A stretch of DNA of 64,000 nucleotides from the NCBI RefSeq assembly GCF_009914755.1, contig NC_060930.1, one strand, 5' to 3'. The position numbers and the translations under genes are program-made. The notes below the pieces were generated by a model. That model made no database searches. It was not told the DNA's origin and saw only the letters and a program-made list of their open reading frames with translations. Source of the DNA: the human T2T-CHM13v2.0 reference genome, Homo sapiens. Positions 1-11,900 of the stretch are shown one piece after another. Numbering within the stretch: the first letter of the stretch is position 1; each line of letters opens with the position of its first letter.

Positions 1-245
1 TTCCGTTTGATAGAGAAGTTTTGAAACCCTGTTCTTGTAGGATTTCCAAGTGGATATTTAGACCACTTTGAAGCCTATGATAGAAAAGGAAACATCTTCA
101 TGGAAAACATAGATAGAATCATCCTCAGAAACAACTTTGTGATGTGTGCATTGAACTCACCGTCTTTAACCTTTCTTTTGGTAGAGAAGTTTTGAAACAC
201 TCTCTTTGTAAAGTCTACAAGTGGATATTTTGAGCCCTTGGAGGC

Positions 246-262
246 ATTCTTTGGAAAAGGGA
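246..262 (+). other. Degenerate CENP-B box (ATTCTTTGGAAAAGGGA), predicted non-binding
   Basis: Lies at the B-monomer box position, ~342 bp before the box at 588, with both CpGs lost. Confidence 0.7.
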
Positions 263-587
263 ATGTCTTCACATAAAAGGCAGACGGAAGTGTTCTCAGA
301 AACTGCTTTGTGATGTCTGTGTTCAACTCACAGAGTTTAACATTTCCTTTGATAGAGCGGTTTAGTAACCCTCTCTTTGTAGAATTTGGAAGTGTATACT
401 AAGAGCGCTTTGAGGCCTATGGTAGAAAAGGAAATATCTTTCCATAAAAGCTAGACAGAAGCAATCTCAGAAACTCCTCTGTGATGTCTGCATTCAACTC
501 ACCGAGTGGAACATTCCTCTTGAGAGAGCAGTTTGGAAACACTCTTTCTGTAGAATCAGCTTGTTTGTATTTGGACCTCCTTGAGGC

Positions 588-604
588 CTTCGTTGGAAAC
601 GGGT
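588..604 (+). promoter_or_regulatory. CENP-B box, core intact (CTTCGTTGGAAACGGGT); recurs in each HOR unit
   Basis: Matches the NTTCGNNNNANNCGGGN core; the last base is T instead of A. Confidence 0.85.
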
Positions 605-927
605 TTTCATCTTATAAACCCAGACAGAAGAATTCTCAGAGTCTTCTTTGTGATGTGTGCTTTCAACTCACCGAGATAAAGATTTCTCTTGATAGAGCAA
701 TTTGGAAACACTCTTTTTGTAGAATTTGCAAGGGTACATTGAGAGCGCTTTCAGGCCTATGGTAGAAAAGGGAATATCTTTCCATAAAAGGTAGACAGAA
801 GCAATCTCAGAAACTACTTTGTGATGTGTGCATTCAACTCACCGAGTGCAACGTTCCTCTTGACCGAGCAGTTTGGAAACATTGTTTCTGTAGAATCTGC
901 AAGTGGATATTTGGACCTCTTTGAGGC

Positions 928-944
928 CTTCGTTGGAAACGGGA
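928..944 (+). promoter_or_regulatory. CENP-B box, canonical; recurs in each HOR unit
   Basis: Exact CTTCGTTGGAAACGGGA. Confidence 0.93.
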
Positions 945-1267
945 TTTCTTCCTATAAACCCAGACAGAAGAATTCTCAGAGACTTCTTTGTGATGTGTGA
1001 ATTCAACTCACAGTGTGGATCCTTCCTTTTGATAGAGCAGTTTTGAAACCCTGTTTTTGTAGTATTTGCAAGCGGATATTTGGAACGCCTTGAAGCGTAT
1101 GGTAGAAAAGGAAATATCTTCCCATAAAACCTAGACAGAACCAATCTCAGAAACGACTTTGTGATGTCTGCATTCAACTCACAGAGTTGAACATTTCTCT
1201 TGATAGAGCAGTTTTGAAACCCTCTTTCTGAAGGATCTGCAAGTGGATATTTGGAACTCCTTTGGGT

Positions 1268-1284
1268 CTTCGTTGGAAACGGGA
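1268..1284 (+). promoter_or_regulatory. CENP-B box, canonical; just upstream of the 15-mer deletion breakpoint
   Basis: Exact CTTCGTTGGAAACGGGA. Confidence 0.93.
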
Positions 1285-1604
1285 TTTCTTCGTATAAATC
1301 TAGACAGAAGAATTCTCCGAAACTTCTTTGGTTGTGTGCATTCAAGTCACAGAGTGGAACCTTCCTTTGGATAGAGCAGTTTGAAACGCCGTGGTTGTAG
1401 TATTTCCAAGCGGATATTAGAGCGCCTTGAGGCCTATGGTAGAAAAGGAAATATCTTCCCATAAAACCTAGACGGAAGCAATCTCAGAAACTACTGTGTG
1501 ATGGCTGCATTCCACACACACGGTGGAACATTTCTCTTGATAGAGCAGTTTTGAAACACTCTTTCTGTAGAATCTGCAAGTGGATAATTGGACCGCCTTG
1601 AGGC

Positions 1605-1621
1605 CTTCGTTGGAAACGGGA
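1605..1621 (+). promoter_or_regulatory. CENP-B box, canonical; present only in 18-mer units
   Basis: Exact CTTCGTTGGAAACGGGA inside the 506 bp segment. Confidence 0.93.
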
Positions 1622-1773
1622 TTTCTTCATGTTACTCTAGATAGAAGAATTCTCAAACACTGCTATGTGATGTTTGCATTCAAGTCACAGAGTGCAACAT
1701 TCCTCTTGGTAGAGCAGTTGGGAAACACTCCTTTTGTAGAATCTGCAATGGGATATTTGGACTTCTTTGAGGC

Positions 1774-1790
1774 CTTCGTTGGAAACGGGA
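1774..1790 (+). promoter_or_regulatory. CENP-B box, canonical; present only in 18-mer units, one monomer after the previous box
   Basis: Exact CTTCGTTGGAAACGGGA, 169 bp after the box at 1605. Confidence 0.93.
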
Positions 1791-2113
1791 TTTCTTCGTA
1801 TGAATCTAGACAGAAGAATTCTCAGAAACTTCCTTGTGATGTGTGCATTCAACTCAGCGAGTGGCACCTTCCTTTGGATACAGCAGTTTTGAAACACTGT
1901 TTTTGTAGTATTTCCAAGCGGATATTTAGAGCGCCTTGAAGCCTATGCTAGAAATGGAAATATCTCCCCATAAAACCAAGACAGAAGCAATCTCAGAAAC
2001 TAATGTGTGATGGCTGCATTCCACACACACGGTGGACCATTTCTCTTGATAGAGCAGTTTTGAAACACTCTTTCTGTAGAATCTGCAAGTGGATAATTGG
2101 ACCTCCTAGAGGC

Positions 2114-2130
2114 CTTCGTTGGAAACGGGA
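2114..2130 (+). promoter_or_regulatory. CENP-B box, canonical; recurs in each HOR unit
   Basis: Exact CTTCGTTGGAAACGGGA. Confidence 0.93.
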
Positions 2131-2452
2131 TTTCTTCATCTAAACCTACAGAGAAGAATTCTCAGTAACTTCTTCGGATGTGTGCATTCGACTCACAGAA
2201 TGGAACATTCCCTTTGATAGAGCAGTTTTGAGACACCGTTTTTGTAGAATTCCCAAGTGGATATTTAGAGCACTTTGAAGTCTCTGCTAGAAAAGGAAAC
2301 ATCTTCATGTAAAAAGTAGATAGAATCGTTCTCAGAAAGTGCTTAGTGACGTGTGCGTTCAACTCACAGAGTTTAACGTTTCTTTTGATAGAGCGTTTCT
2401 GAAACACCCTTCTTGTAGTAGCTGCAAGTGGATATTTGGACCTATTGGAGGC

Positions 2453-2469
2453 CTTCTTTGGAAACGGGA
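2453..2469 (+). other. Degenerate CENP-B box (CTTCTTTGGAAACGGGA), predicted non-binding
   Basis: The TTCG core reads TTCT. From U9 onward the CGGG is also changed to TGGG. Confidence 0.8.
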
Positions 2470-2962
2470 TTTCTTCATGTAACTCTAGATTGAAGAATTC
2501 TCAGAAACTCCTTTGTGATGTGTGCATTCAATTCAAAGAGTGAAACCTCCCTTTTCACAGAGCAGTTTTGAAACACTGTTTTTGTAGGATTTCCAAGGGG
2601 ATATTTATAGTGCATTTAGCCTACGGCGGAAAAAGAAACATCTTCCTATAAAAACTAGACAGAATACTTCTCAGAATCTGCTTTGCGATGTGTGCGTTCA
2701 ACTCACAGAGTAAAACTTTTCTTTTGATAGAGCAGTTTTGAAACACTCTTTTTGTAGTATTTGCATGTGTATATTTAGAGCGCATTGAAGCCCACAGTAG
2801 AAAAGGAAATAACTTCACCTAAAACCTAGACAGAAGCAATCTCAGAAACTACTTTGTGATGTGTACATTCAACTCACAGAGTGGAACTTTCCTCTTTATA
2901 GAGCAGTGTTGAAACACTCTTTTTGTAGAAACTGCAAGTGGATATTTGGACCTCTTTGAGGC

Positions 2963-2979
2963 CTTCGTTGGAAACGGGA
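2963..2979 (+). promoter_or_regulatory. CENP-B box, canonical; recurs in each HOR unit (mutated in U17)
   Basis: Exact CTTCGTTGGAAACGGGA. Confidence 0.93.
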
Positions 2980-5900
2980 TTTCTTCCTATATCCCTAGAC
3001 AGAAGAATTTTCAGAAACCTCATTGTGATGTGTGCGTTCATCTCACAGAGTGGAGTCTTCCGTTTGATAGAGAAGTTTTGAAACCCTGTTCTTGTAGGAT
3101 TTCCAAGTGGATATTTAGACCACTTTGAAGCCTATGATAGAAAAGGAAACATCTTCATGGAAAACATAGATAGAATCATCCTCAGAAACAACTTTGTGAT
3201 GTGTGCGTTGAACTCACCGTCTTTAACCTTTCTTTTGGTAGAGAAGTTTTGAAACACTCTCTTTGTAAAGTCTACAAGTGGATATTTTGAGCCCTTGGAG
3301 GCATTCTTTGGAAAAGGGAATGTCTTCACATAAAAGGCAGACGGAAGTGTTCTCAGAAACTGCTTTGTGATGTCTGTGTTCAACTCACAGAGTTTAACAT
3401 TTCCTTTGATAGAGCGGTTTAGTAACCCTCTCTTTGTAGAATTTGGAAGTGTATACTAAGAGCGCTTTGAGGCCTATGGTAGAAAAGGAAATATCTTTCC
3501 ATAAAAGCTAGACAGAAGCAATCTCAGAAACTCCTCTGTGATGTCTGCATTCAACTCACCGAGTGGAACATTCCTCTTGAGAGAGCAGTTTGGAAACACT
3601 CTTTCTGTAGAATCAGCTTGTTTGTATTTGGACCTCCTTGAGGCCTTCGTTGGAAACGGGTTTTCATCTTATAAACCCAGACAGAAGAATTCTCAGAGTC
3701 TTCTTTGTGATGTGTGCTTTCAACTCACCGAGATAAAGATTTCTCTTGATAGAGCAATTTGGAAACACTCTTTTTGTAGAATTTGCAAGGGTACATTGAG
3801 AGCGCTTTCAGGCCTATGGTAGAAAAGGGAATATCTTTCCATAAAAGGTAGACAGAAGCAATCTCAGAAACTACTTTGTGATGTGTGCATTCAACTCACC
3901 GAGTGCAACGTTCCTCTTGACCGAGCAGTTTGGAAACATTGTTTCTGTAGAATCTGCAAGTGGATATTTGGACCTCTTTGAGGCCTTCGTTGGAAACGGG
4001 ATTTCTTCCTATAAACCCAGACAGAAGAATTCTCAGAGACTTCTTTGTGATGTGTGAATTCAACTCACAGTGTGGATCCTTCCTTTTGATAGAGCAGTTT
4101 TGAAACCCTGTTTTTGTAGTATTTGCAAGCGGATATTTGGAACGCCTTGAAGCGTATGGTAGAAAAGGAAATATCTTCCCATAAAACCTAGACAGAACCA
4201 ATCTCAGAAACGACTTTGTGATGTCTGCATTCAACTCACAGAGTTGAACATTTCTCTTGATAGAGCAGTTTTGAAACCCTCTTTCTGAAGGATCTGCAAG
4301 TGGATATTTGGAACTCCTTTGGGTCTTCGTTGGAAACGGGATTTCTTCGTATAAATCTAGACAGAAGAATTCTCCGAAACTTCTTTGGTTGTGTGCATTC
4401 AAGTCACAGAGTGGAACCTTCCTTTGGATAGAGCAGTTTGAAACGCCGTGGTTGTAGTATTTCCAAGCGGATATTAGAGCGCCTTGAGGCCTATGGTAGA
4501 AAAGGAAATATCTTCCCATAAAACCTAGACGGAAGCAATCTCAGAAACTACTGTGTGATGGCTGCATTCCACACACACGGTGGAACATTTCTCTTGATAG
4601 AGCAGTTTTGAAACACTCTTTCTGTAGAATCTGCAAGTGGATAATTGGACCGCCTTGAGGCCTTCGTTGGAAACGGGATTTCTTCATGTTACTCTAGATA
4701 GAAGAATTCTCAAACACTGCTATGTGATGTTTGCATTCAAGTCACAGAGTGCAACATTCCTCTTGGTAGAGCAGTTGGGAAACACTCCTTTTGTAGAATC
4801 TGCAATGGGATATTTGGACTTCTTTGAGGCCTTCGTTGGAAACGGGATTTCTTCGTATGAATCTAGACAGAAGAATTCTCAGAAACTTCCTTGTGATGTG
4901 TGCATTCAACTCAGCGAGTGGCACCTTCCTTTGGATACAGCAGTTTTGAAACACTGTTTTTGTAGTATTTCCAAGCGGATATTTAGAGCGCCTTGAAGCC
5001 TATGCTAGAAATGGAAATATCTCCCCATAAAACCAAGACAGAAGCAATCTCAGAAACTAATGTGTGATGGCTGCATTCCACACACACGGTGGACCATTTC
5101 TCTTGATAGAGCAGTTTTGAAACACTCTTTCTGTAGAATCTGCAAGTGGATAATTGGACCTCCTAGAGGCCTTCGTTGGAAACGGGATTTCTTCATCTAA
5201 ACCTACAGAGAAGAATTCTCAGTAACTTCTTCGGATGTGTGCATTCGACTCACAGAATGGAACATTCCCTTTGATAGAGCAGTTTTGAGACACCGTTTTT
5301 GTAGAATTCCCAAGTGGATATTTAGAGCACTTTGAAGTCTCTGCTAGAAAAGGAAACATCTTCATGTAAAAAGTAGATAGAATCGTTCTCAGAAAGTGCT
5401 TAGTGACGTGTGCGTTCAACTCACAGAGTTTAACGTTTCTTTTGATAGAGCGTTTCTGAAACACCCTTCTTGTAGTAGCTGCAAGTGGATATTTGGACCT
5501 ATTGGAGGCCTTCTTTGGAAACGGGATTTCTTCATGTAACTCTAGATTGAAGAATTCTCAGAAACTCCTTTGTGATGTGTGCATTCAATTCAAAGAGTGA
5601 AACCTCCCTTTTCACAGAGCAGTTTTGAAACACTGTTTTTGTAGGATTTCCAAGGGGATATTTATAGTGCATTGAGCCTACGGCGGAAAAAGAAACATCT
5701 TCCTATAAAAACTAGACAGAATACTTCTCAGAATCTGCTTTGCGATGTGTGCGTTCAACTCACAGAGTAAAACTTTTCTTTTGATAGAGCAGTTTTGAAA
5801 CACTCTTTTTGTAGTATTTGCATGTGTATATTTAGAGCGCATTGAAGCCCACAGTAGAAAAGGAAATAACTTCACCTAAAACCTAGACAGAAGCAATCTC

Positions 5901-8900
5901 AGAAACTACTTTGTGATGTGTACATTCAACTCACAGAGTGGAACTTTCCTCTTTATAGAGCAGTGTTGAAACACTCTTTTTGTAGAAACTGCAAGTGGAT
6001 ATTTGGACCTCTTTGAGGCCTTCGTTGGAAACGGGATTTCTTCCTATAACCCTAGACAGAAGAATTTTCAGAAACCTCATTGTGATGTGTGCGTTCATCT
6101 CACAGAGTGGAGTCTTCCGTTTGATAGAGAAGTTTTGAAACCCTGTTCTTGTAGGATTTCCAAGTGGATATTTAGACCACTTTGAAGCCTATGATAGAAA
6201 AGGAAACATCTTCATGGAAAACATAGATAGAATCATCCTCAGAAACAACTTTGTGATGTGTGCGTTGAACTCACCGTCTTTAACCTTTCTTTTGGTAGAG
6301 AAGTTTTGAAACACTCTCTTTGTAAAGTCTACAAGTGGATATTTTGAGCCCTTGGAGGCATTCTTTGGAAAAGGGAATGTCTTCACATAAAAGGCAGACG
6401 GAAGTGTTCTCAGAAACTGCTTTGTGATGTCTGTGTTCAACTCACAGAGTTTAACATTTCCTTTGATAGAGCGGTTTAGTAACCCTCTCTTTGTAGAATT
6501 TGGAAGTGTATACTAAGAGCGCTTTGAAGCCTATGGTAGAAAAGGAAATATCTTTCCATAAAAGCTAGACAGAAGCAATCTCAGAAACTCCTCTGTGATG
6601 TCTGCATTCAACTCACCGAGTGGAACATTCCTCTTGAGAGAGCAGTTTGGAAACACTCTTTCTGTAGAATCAGCTTGTTTGTATTTGGACCTCCTTGAGG
6701 CCTTCGTTGGAAACGGGTTTTCATCTTATAAACCCAGACAGAAGAATTCTCAGAGTCTTCTTTGTGATGTGTGCTTTCAACTCACCGAGATAAAGATTTC
6801 TCTTGATAGAGCAATTTGGAAACACTCTTTTTGTAGAATTTGCAAGGGTACATTGAGAGCGCTTTCAGGCCTATGGTAGAAAAGGGAATATCTTTCCATA
6901 AAAGGTAGACAGAAGCAATCTCAGAAACTACTTTGTGATGTGTGCATTCAACTCACCGAGTGCAACGTTCCTCTTGACCGAGCAGTTTGGAAACATTGTT
7001 TCTGTAGAATCTGCAAGTGGATATTTGGACCTCTTTGAGGCCTTCGTTGGAAACGGGATTTCTTCCTATAAACCCAGACAGAAGAATTCTCAGAGACTTC
7101 TTTGTGATGTGTGAATTCAACTCACAGTGTGGATCCTTCCTTTTGATAGAGCAGTTTTGAAACCCTGTTTTTGTAGTATTTGCAAGCGGATATTTGGAAC
7201 GCCTTGAAGCGTATGGTAGAAAAGGAAATATCTTCCCATAAAACCTAGACAGAACCAATCTCAGAAACGACTTTGTGATGTCTGCATTCAAGTCACAGAG
7301 TTGAACATTTCTCTTGATAGAGCAGTTTTGAAACCCTCTTTCTGAAGGATCTGCAAGTGGATATTTGGAACTCCTTTGGGTCTTCGTTGGAAACGGGATT
7401 TCTTCGTATAAATCTAGACAGAAGAATTCTCCGAAACTTCTTTGGTTGTGTGCATTCAAGTCACAGAGTGGAACCTTCCTTTGGATAGAGCAGTTTGAAA
7501 CGCCGTGGTTGTAGTATTTCCAAGCGGATATTAGAGCGCCTTGAGGCCTATGGTAGAAAAGGAAATATCTTCCCATAAAACCTAGACGGAAGCAATCTCA
7601 GAAACTACTGTGTGATGGCTGCATTCCACACACACGGTGGAACATTTCTCTTGATAGAGCAGTTTTGAAACACTCTTTCTGTAGAATCTGCAAGTGGATA
7701 ATTGGACCGCCTTGAGGCCTTCGTTGGAAACGGGATTTCTTCATGTTACTCTAGATAGAAGAATTCTCAAACACTGCTATGTGATGTTTGCATTCAAGTC
7801 ACAGAGTGCAACATTCCTCTTGGTAGAGCAGTTGGGAAACACTCCTTTTGTAGAATCTGCAATGGGATATTTGGACTTCTTTGAGGCCTTCGTTGGAAAC
7901 GGGATTTCTTCGTATGAATCTAGACAGAAGAATTCTCAGAAACTTCCTTGTGATGTGTGCATTCAACTCAGCGAGTGGCACCTTCCTTTGGATACAGCAG
8001 TTTTGAAACACTGTTTTTGTAGTATTTCCAAGCGGATATTTAGAGCGCCTTGAAGCCTATGCTAGAAATGGAAATATCTCCCCATAAAACCAAGACAGAA
8101 GCAATCTCAGAAACTAATGTGTGATGGCTGCATTCCACACACACGGTGGACCATTTCTCTTGATAGAGCAGTTTTGAAACACTCTTTCTGTAGAATCTGC
8201 AAGTGGATAATTGGACCTCCTAGAGGCCTTCGTTGGAAACGGGATTTCTTCATCTAAACCTACAGAGAAGAATTCTCAGTAACTTCTTCGGATGTGTGCA
8301 TTCGACTCACAGAATGGAACATTCCCTTTGATAGAGCAGTTTTGAGACACCGTTTTTGTAGAATTCCCAAGTGGATATTTAGAGCACTTTGAAGTCTCTG
8401 CTAGAAAAGGAAACATCTTCATGTAAAAAGTAGATAGAATCGTTCTCAGAAAGTGCTTAGTGACGTGTGCGTTCAACTCACAGAGTTTAACGTTTCTTTT
8501 GATAGAGCGTTTCTGAAACACCCTTCTTGTAGTAGCTGCAAGTGGATATTTGGACCTATTGGAGGCCTTCTTTGGAAACGGGATTTCTTCATGTAACTCT
8601 AGATTGAAGAATTCTCAGAAACTCCTTTGTGATGTGTGCATTCAATTCAAAGAGTGAAACCTCCCTTTTCACAGAGCAGTTTTGAAACACTGTTTTTGTA
8701 GGATTTCCAAGGGGATATTTATAGTGCATTGAGCCTACGGCGGAAAAAGAAACATCTTCCTATAAAAACTAGACAGAATACTTCTCAGAATCTGCTTTGC
8801 GATGTGTGCGTTCAACTCACAGAGTAAAACTTTTCTTTTGATAGAGCAGTTTTGAAACACTCTTTTTGTAGTATTTGCATGTGTATATTTAGAGCGCATT

Positions 8901-11900
8901 GAAGCCCACAGTAGAAAAGGAAATAACTTCACCTAAAACCTAGACAGAAGCAATCTCAGAAACTACTTTGTGATGTGTACATTCAACTCACAGAGTGGAA
9001 CTTTCCTCTTTATAGAGCAGTGTTGAAACACTCTTTTTGTAGAAACTGCAAGTGGATATTTGGACCTCTTTGAGGCCTTCGTTGGAAACGGGATTTCTTC
9101 CTATAACCCTAGACAGAAGAATTTTCAGAAACCTCATTGTGATGTGTGCGTTCATCTCACAGAGTGGAGTCTTCCGTTTGATAGAGAAGTTTTGAAACCC
9201 TGTTCTTGTAGGATTTCCAAGTGGATATTTAGACCACTTTGAAGCCTATGATAGAAAAGGAAACATCTTCATGGAAAACATAGATAGAATCATCCTCAGA
9301 AACAACTTTGTGATGTGTGCGTTGAACTCACCGTCTTTAACCTTTCTTTTGGTAGAGAAGTTTTGAAACACTCTCTTTGTAAAGTCTACAAGTGGATATT
9401 TTGAGCCCTTGGAGGCATTCTTTGGAAAAGGGAATGTCTTCACATAAAAGGCAGACGGAAGTGTTCTCAGAAACTGCTTTGTGATGTCTGTGTTCAACTC
9501 ACAGAGTTTAACATTTCCTTTGATAGAGCGGTTTAGTAACCCTCTCTTTGTAGAATTTGGAAGTGTATACTAAGAGCGCTTTGAGGCCTATGGTAGAAAA
9601 GGAAATATCTTTCCATAAAAGCTAGACAGAAGCAATCTCAGAAACTCCTCTGTGATGTCTGCATTCAACTCACCGAGTGGAACATTCCTCTTGAGAGAGC
9701 AGTTTGGAAACACTCTTTCTGTAGAATCAGCTTGTTTGTATTTGGACCTCCTTGAGGCCTTCGTTGGAAACGGGTTTTCATCTTATAAACCCAGACAGAA
9801 GAATTCTCAGAGTCTTCTTTGTGATGTGTGCTTTCAACTCACCGAGATAAAGATTTCTCTTGATAGAGCAATTTGGAAACACTCTTTTTGTAGAATTTGC
9901 AAGGGTACATTGAGAGCGCTTTCAGGCCTATGGTAGAAAAGGAAATATCTTTCCATAAAAGGTAGACAGAAGCAATCTCAGAAACTACTTTGTGATGTGT
10001 GCATTCAACTCACCGAGTGCAACGTTCCTCTTGACCGAGCAGTTTGGAAACATTGTTTCTGTAGAATCTGCAAGTGGATATTTGGACCTCTTTGAGGCCT
10101 TCGTTGGAAACGGGATTTCTTCCTATAAACCCAGACAGAAGAATTCTCAGAGACTTCTTTGTGATGTGTGAATTCAACTCACAGTGTGGATCCTTCCTTT
10201 TGATAGAGCAGTTTTGAAACCCTGTTTTTGTAGTATTTCCAAGCGGATATTTGGAACGCCTTGAAGCGTATGGTAGAAAAGGAAATATCTTCCCATAAAA
10301 CCTAGACAGAACCAATCTCAGAAACGACTTTGTGATGTCTGCATTCAAGTCACAGAGTTGAACATTTCTCTTGATAGAGCAGTTTTGAAACCCTCTTTCT
10401 GAAGGATCTGCAAGTGGATATTTGGAACTCCTTTGGGTCTTCGTTGGAAACGGGATTTCTTCGTATAAATCTAGACAGAAGAATTCTCCGAAACTTCTTT
10501 GGTTGTGTGCATTCAAGTCACAGAGTGGAACCTTCCTTTGGATAGAGCAGTTTGAAACGCCGTGGTTGTAGTATTTCCAAGCGGATATTAGAGCGCCTTG
10601 AGGCCTATGGTAGAAAAGGAAATATCTTCCCATAAAACCTAGACGGAAGCAATCTCAGAAACTACTGTGTGATGGCTGCATTCCACACACACGGTGGAAC
10701 ATTTCTCTTGATAGAGCAGTTTTGAAACACTCTTTCTGTAGAATCTGCAAGTGGATAATTGGACCGCCTTGAGGCCTTCGTTGGAAACGGGATTTCTTCA
10801 TGTTACTCTAGATAGAAGAATTCTCAAACACTGCTATGTGATGTTTGCATTCAAGTCACAGAGTGCAACATTCCTCTTGGTAGAGCAGTTGGGAAACACT
10901 CCTTTTGTAGAATCTGCAATGGGATATTTGGACTTCTTTGAGGCCTTCGTTGGAAACGGGATTTCTTCGTATGAATCTAGACAGAAGAATTCTCAGAAAC
11001 TTCCTTGTGATGTGTGCATTCAACTCAGCGAGTGGCACCTTCCTTTGGATACAGCAGTTTTGAAACACTGTTTTTGTAGTATTTCCAAGCGGATATTTAG
11101 AGCGCCTTGAAGCCTATGCTAGAAATGGAAATATCTCCCCATAAAACCAAGACAGAAGCAATCTCAGAAACTAATGTGTGATGGCTGCATTCCACACACA
11201 CGGTGGACCATTTCTCTTGATAGAGCAGTTTTGAAACACTCTTTCTGTAGAATCTGCAAGTGGATAATTGGACCTCCTAGAGGCCTTCGTTGGAAACGGG
11301 ATTTCTTCATCTAAACCTACAGAGAAGAATTCTCAGTAACTTCTTCGGATGTGTGCATTCGACTCACAGAATGGAACATTCCCTTTGATAGAGCAGTTTT
11401 GAGACACCGTTTTTGTAGAATTCCCAAGTGGATATTTAGAGCACTTTGAAGTCTCTGCTAGAAAAGGAAACATCTTCATGTAAAAAGTAGATAGAATCGT
11501 TCTCAGAAAGTGCTTAGTGACGTGTGCGTTCAACTCACAGAGTTTAACGTTTCTTTTGATAGAGCGTTTCTGAAACACCCTTCTTGTAGTAGCTGCAAGT
11601 GGATATTTGGACCTATTGGAGGCCTTCTTTGGAAACGGGATTTCTTCATGTAACTCTAGATTGAAGAATTCTCAGAAACTCCTTTGTGATGTGTGCATTC
11701 AATTCAAAGAGTGAAACCTCCCTTTTCACAGAGCAGTTTTGAAACACTGTTTTTGTAGGATTTCCAAGGGGATATTTATAGCGCATTGAGCCTACGGCGG
11801 AAAAAGAAACATCTTCCTATAAAAACTAGACAGAATACTTCTCAGAATCTGCTTTGCGATGTGTGCGTTCAACTCACAGAGTAAAACTTTTCTTTTGATA

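Larger units (their letters stand above)
1297..1802 (+). repeat. 506 bp three-monomer segment specific to the 18-mer (deleted in the 15-mer); first copy
   Basis: Flanked by the identical 21-mer aatctagacagaagaattctc at 1297-1317 and 1803-1823. 3057-2551=506. Confidence 0.9.

Noticed and set aside
839-1462. 207 aa minus-strand ORF and all other 60-167 aa ORFs in the track
   Set aside because: They recur with the HOR period, are internally repetitive at the monomer scale (FQNCSIKR..CELN), often start at non-ATG codons and are translations of alpha satellite. There is no evidence of coding function.
1512-1521. Short (CA)n run in ccacacacacgg as a microsatellite
   Set aside because: It has only about four repeats, is invariant in length in all copies and is simply a monomer-specific variant.
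1297-1823. 506 bp segment flanked by 21 bp direct repeats, resembling a mobile insertion with target-site duplication
   Set aside because: The segment is itself three alpha-satellite monomers, and the flanking repeats are homologous monomer positions. It has no terminal repeats, poly-A tail or transposase.
588-2979. Regularly spaced conserved 17-30 bp motifs resembling a CRISPR array
   Set aside because: The intervening sequences are ~140-320 bp, homologous to each other and repeated in every unit. The motif is the CENP-B box and there are no cas genes.
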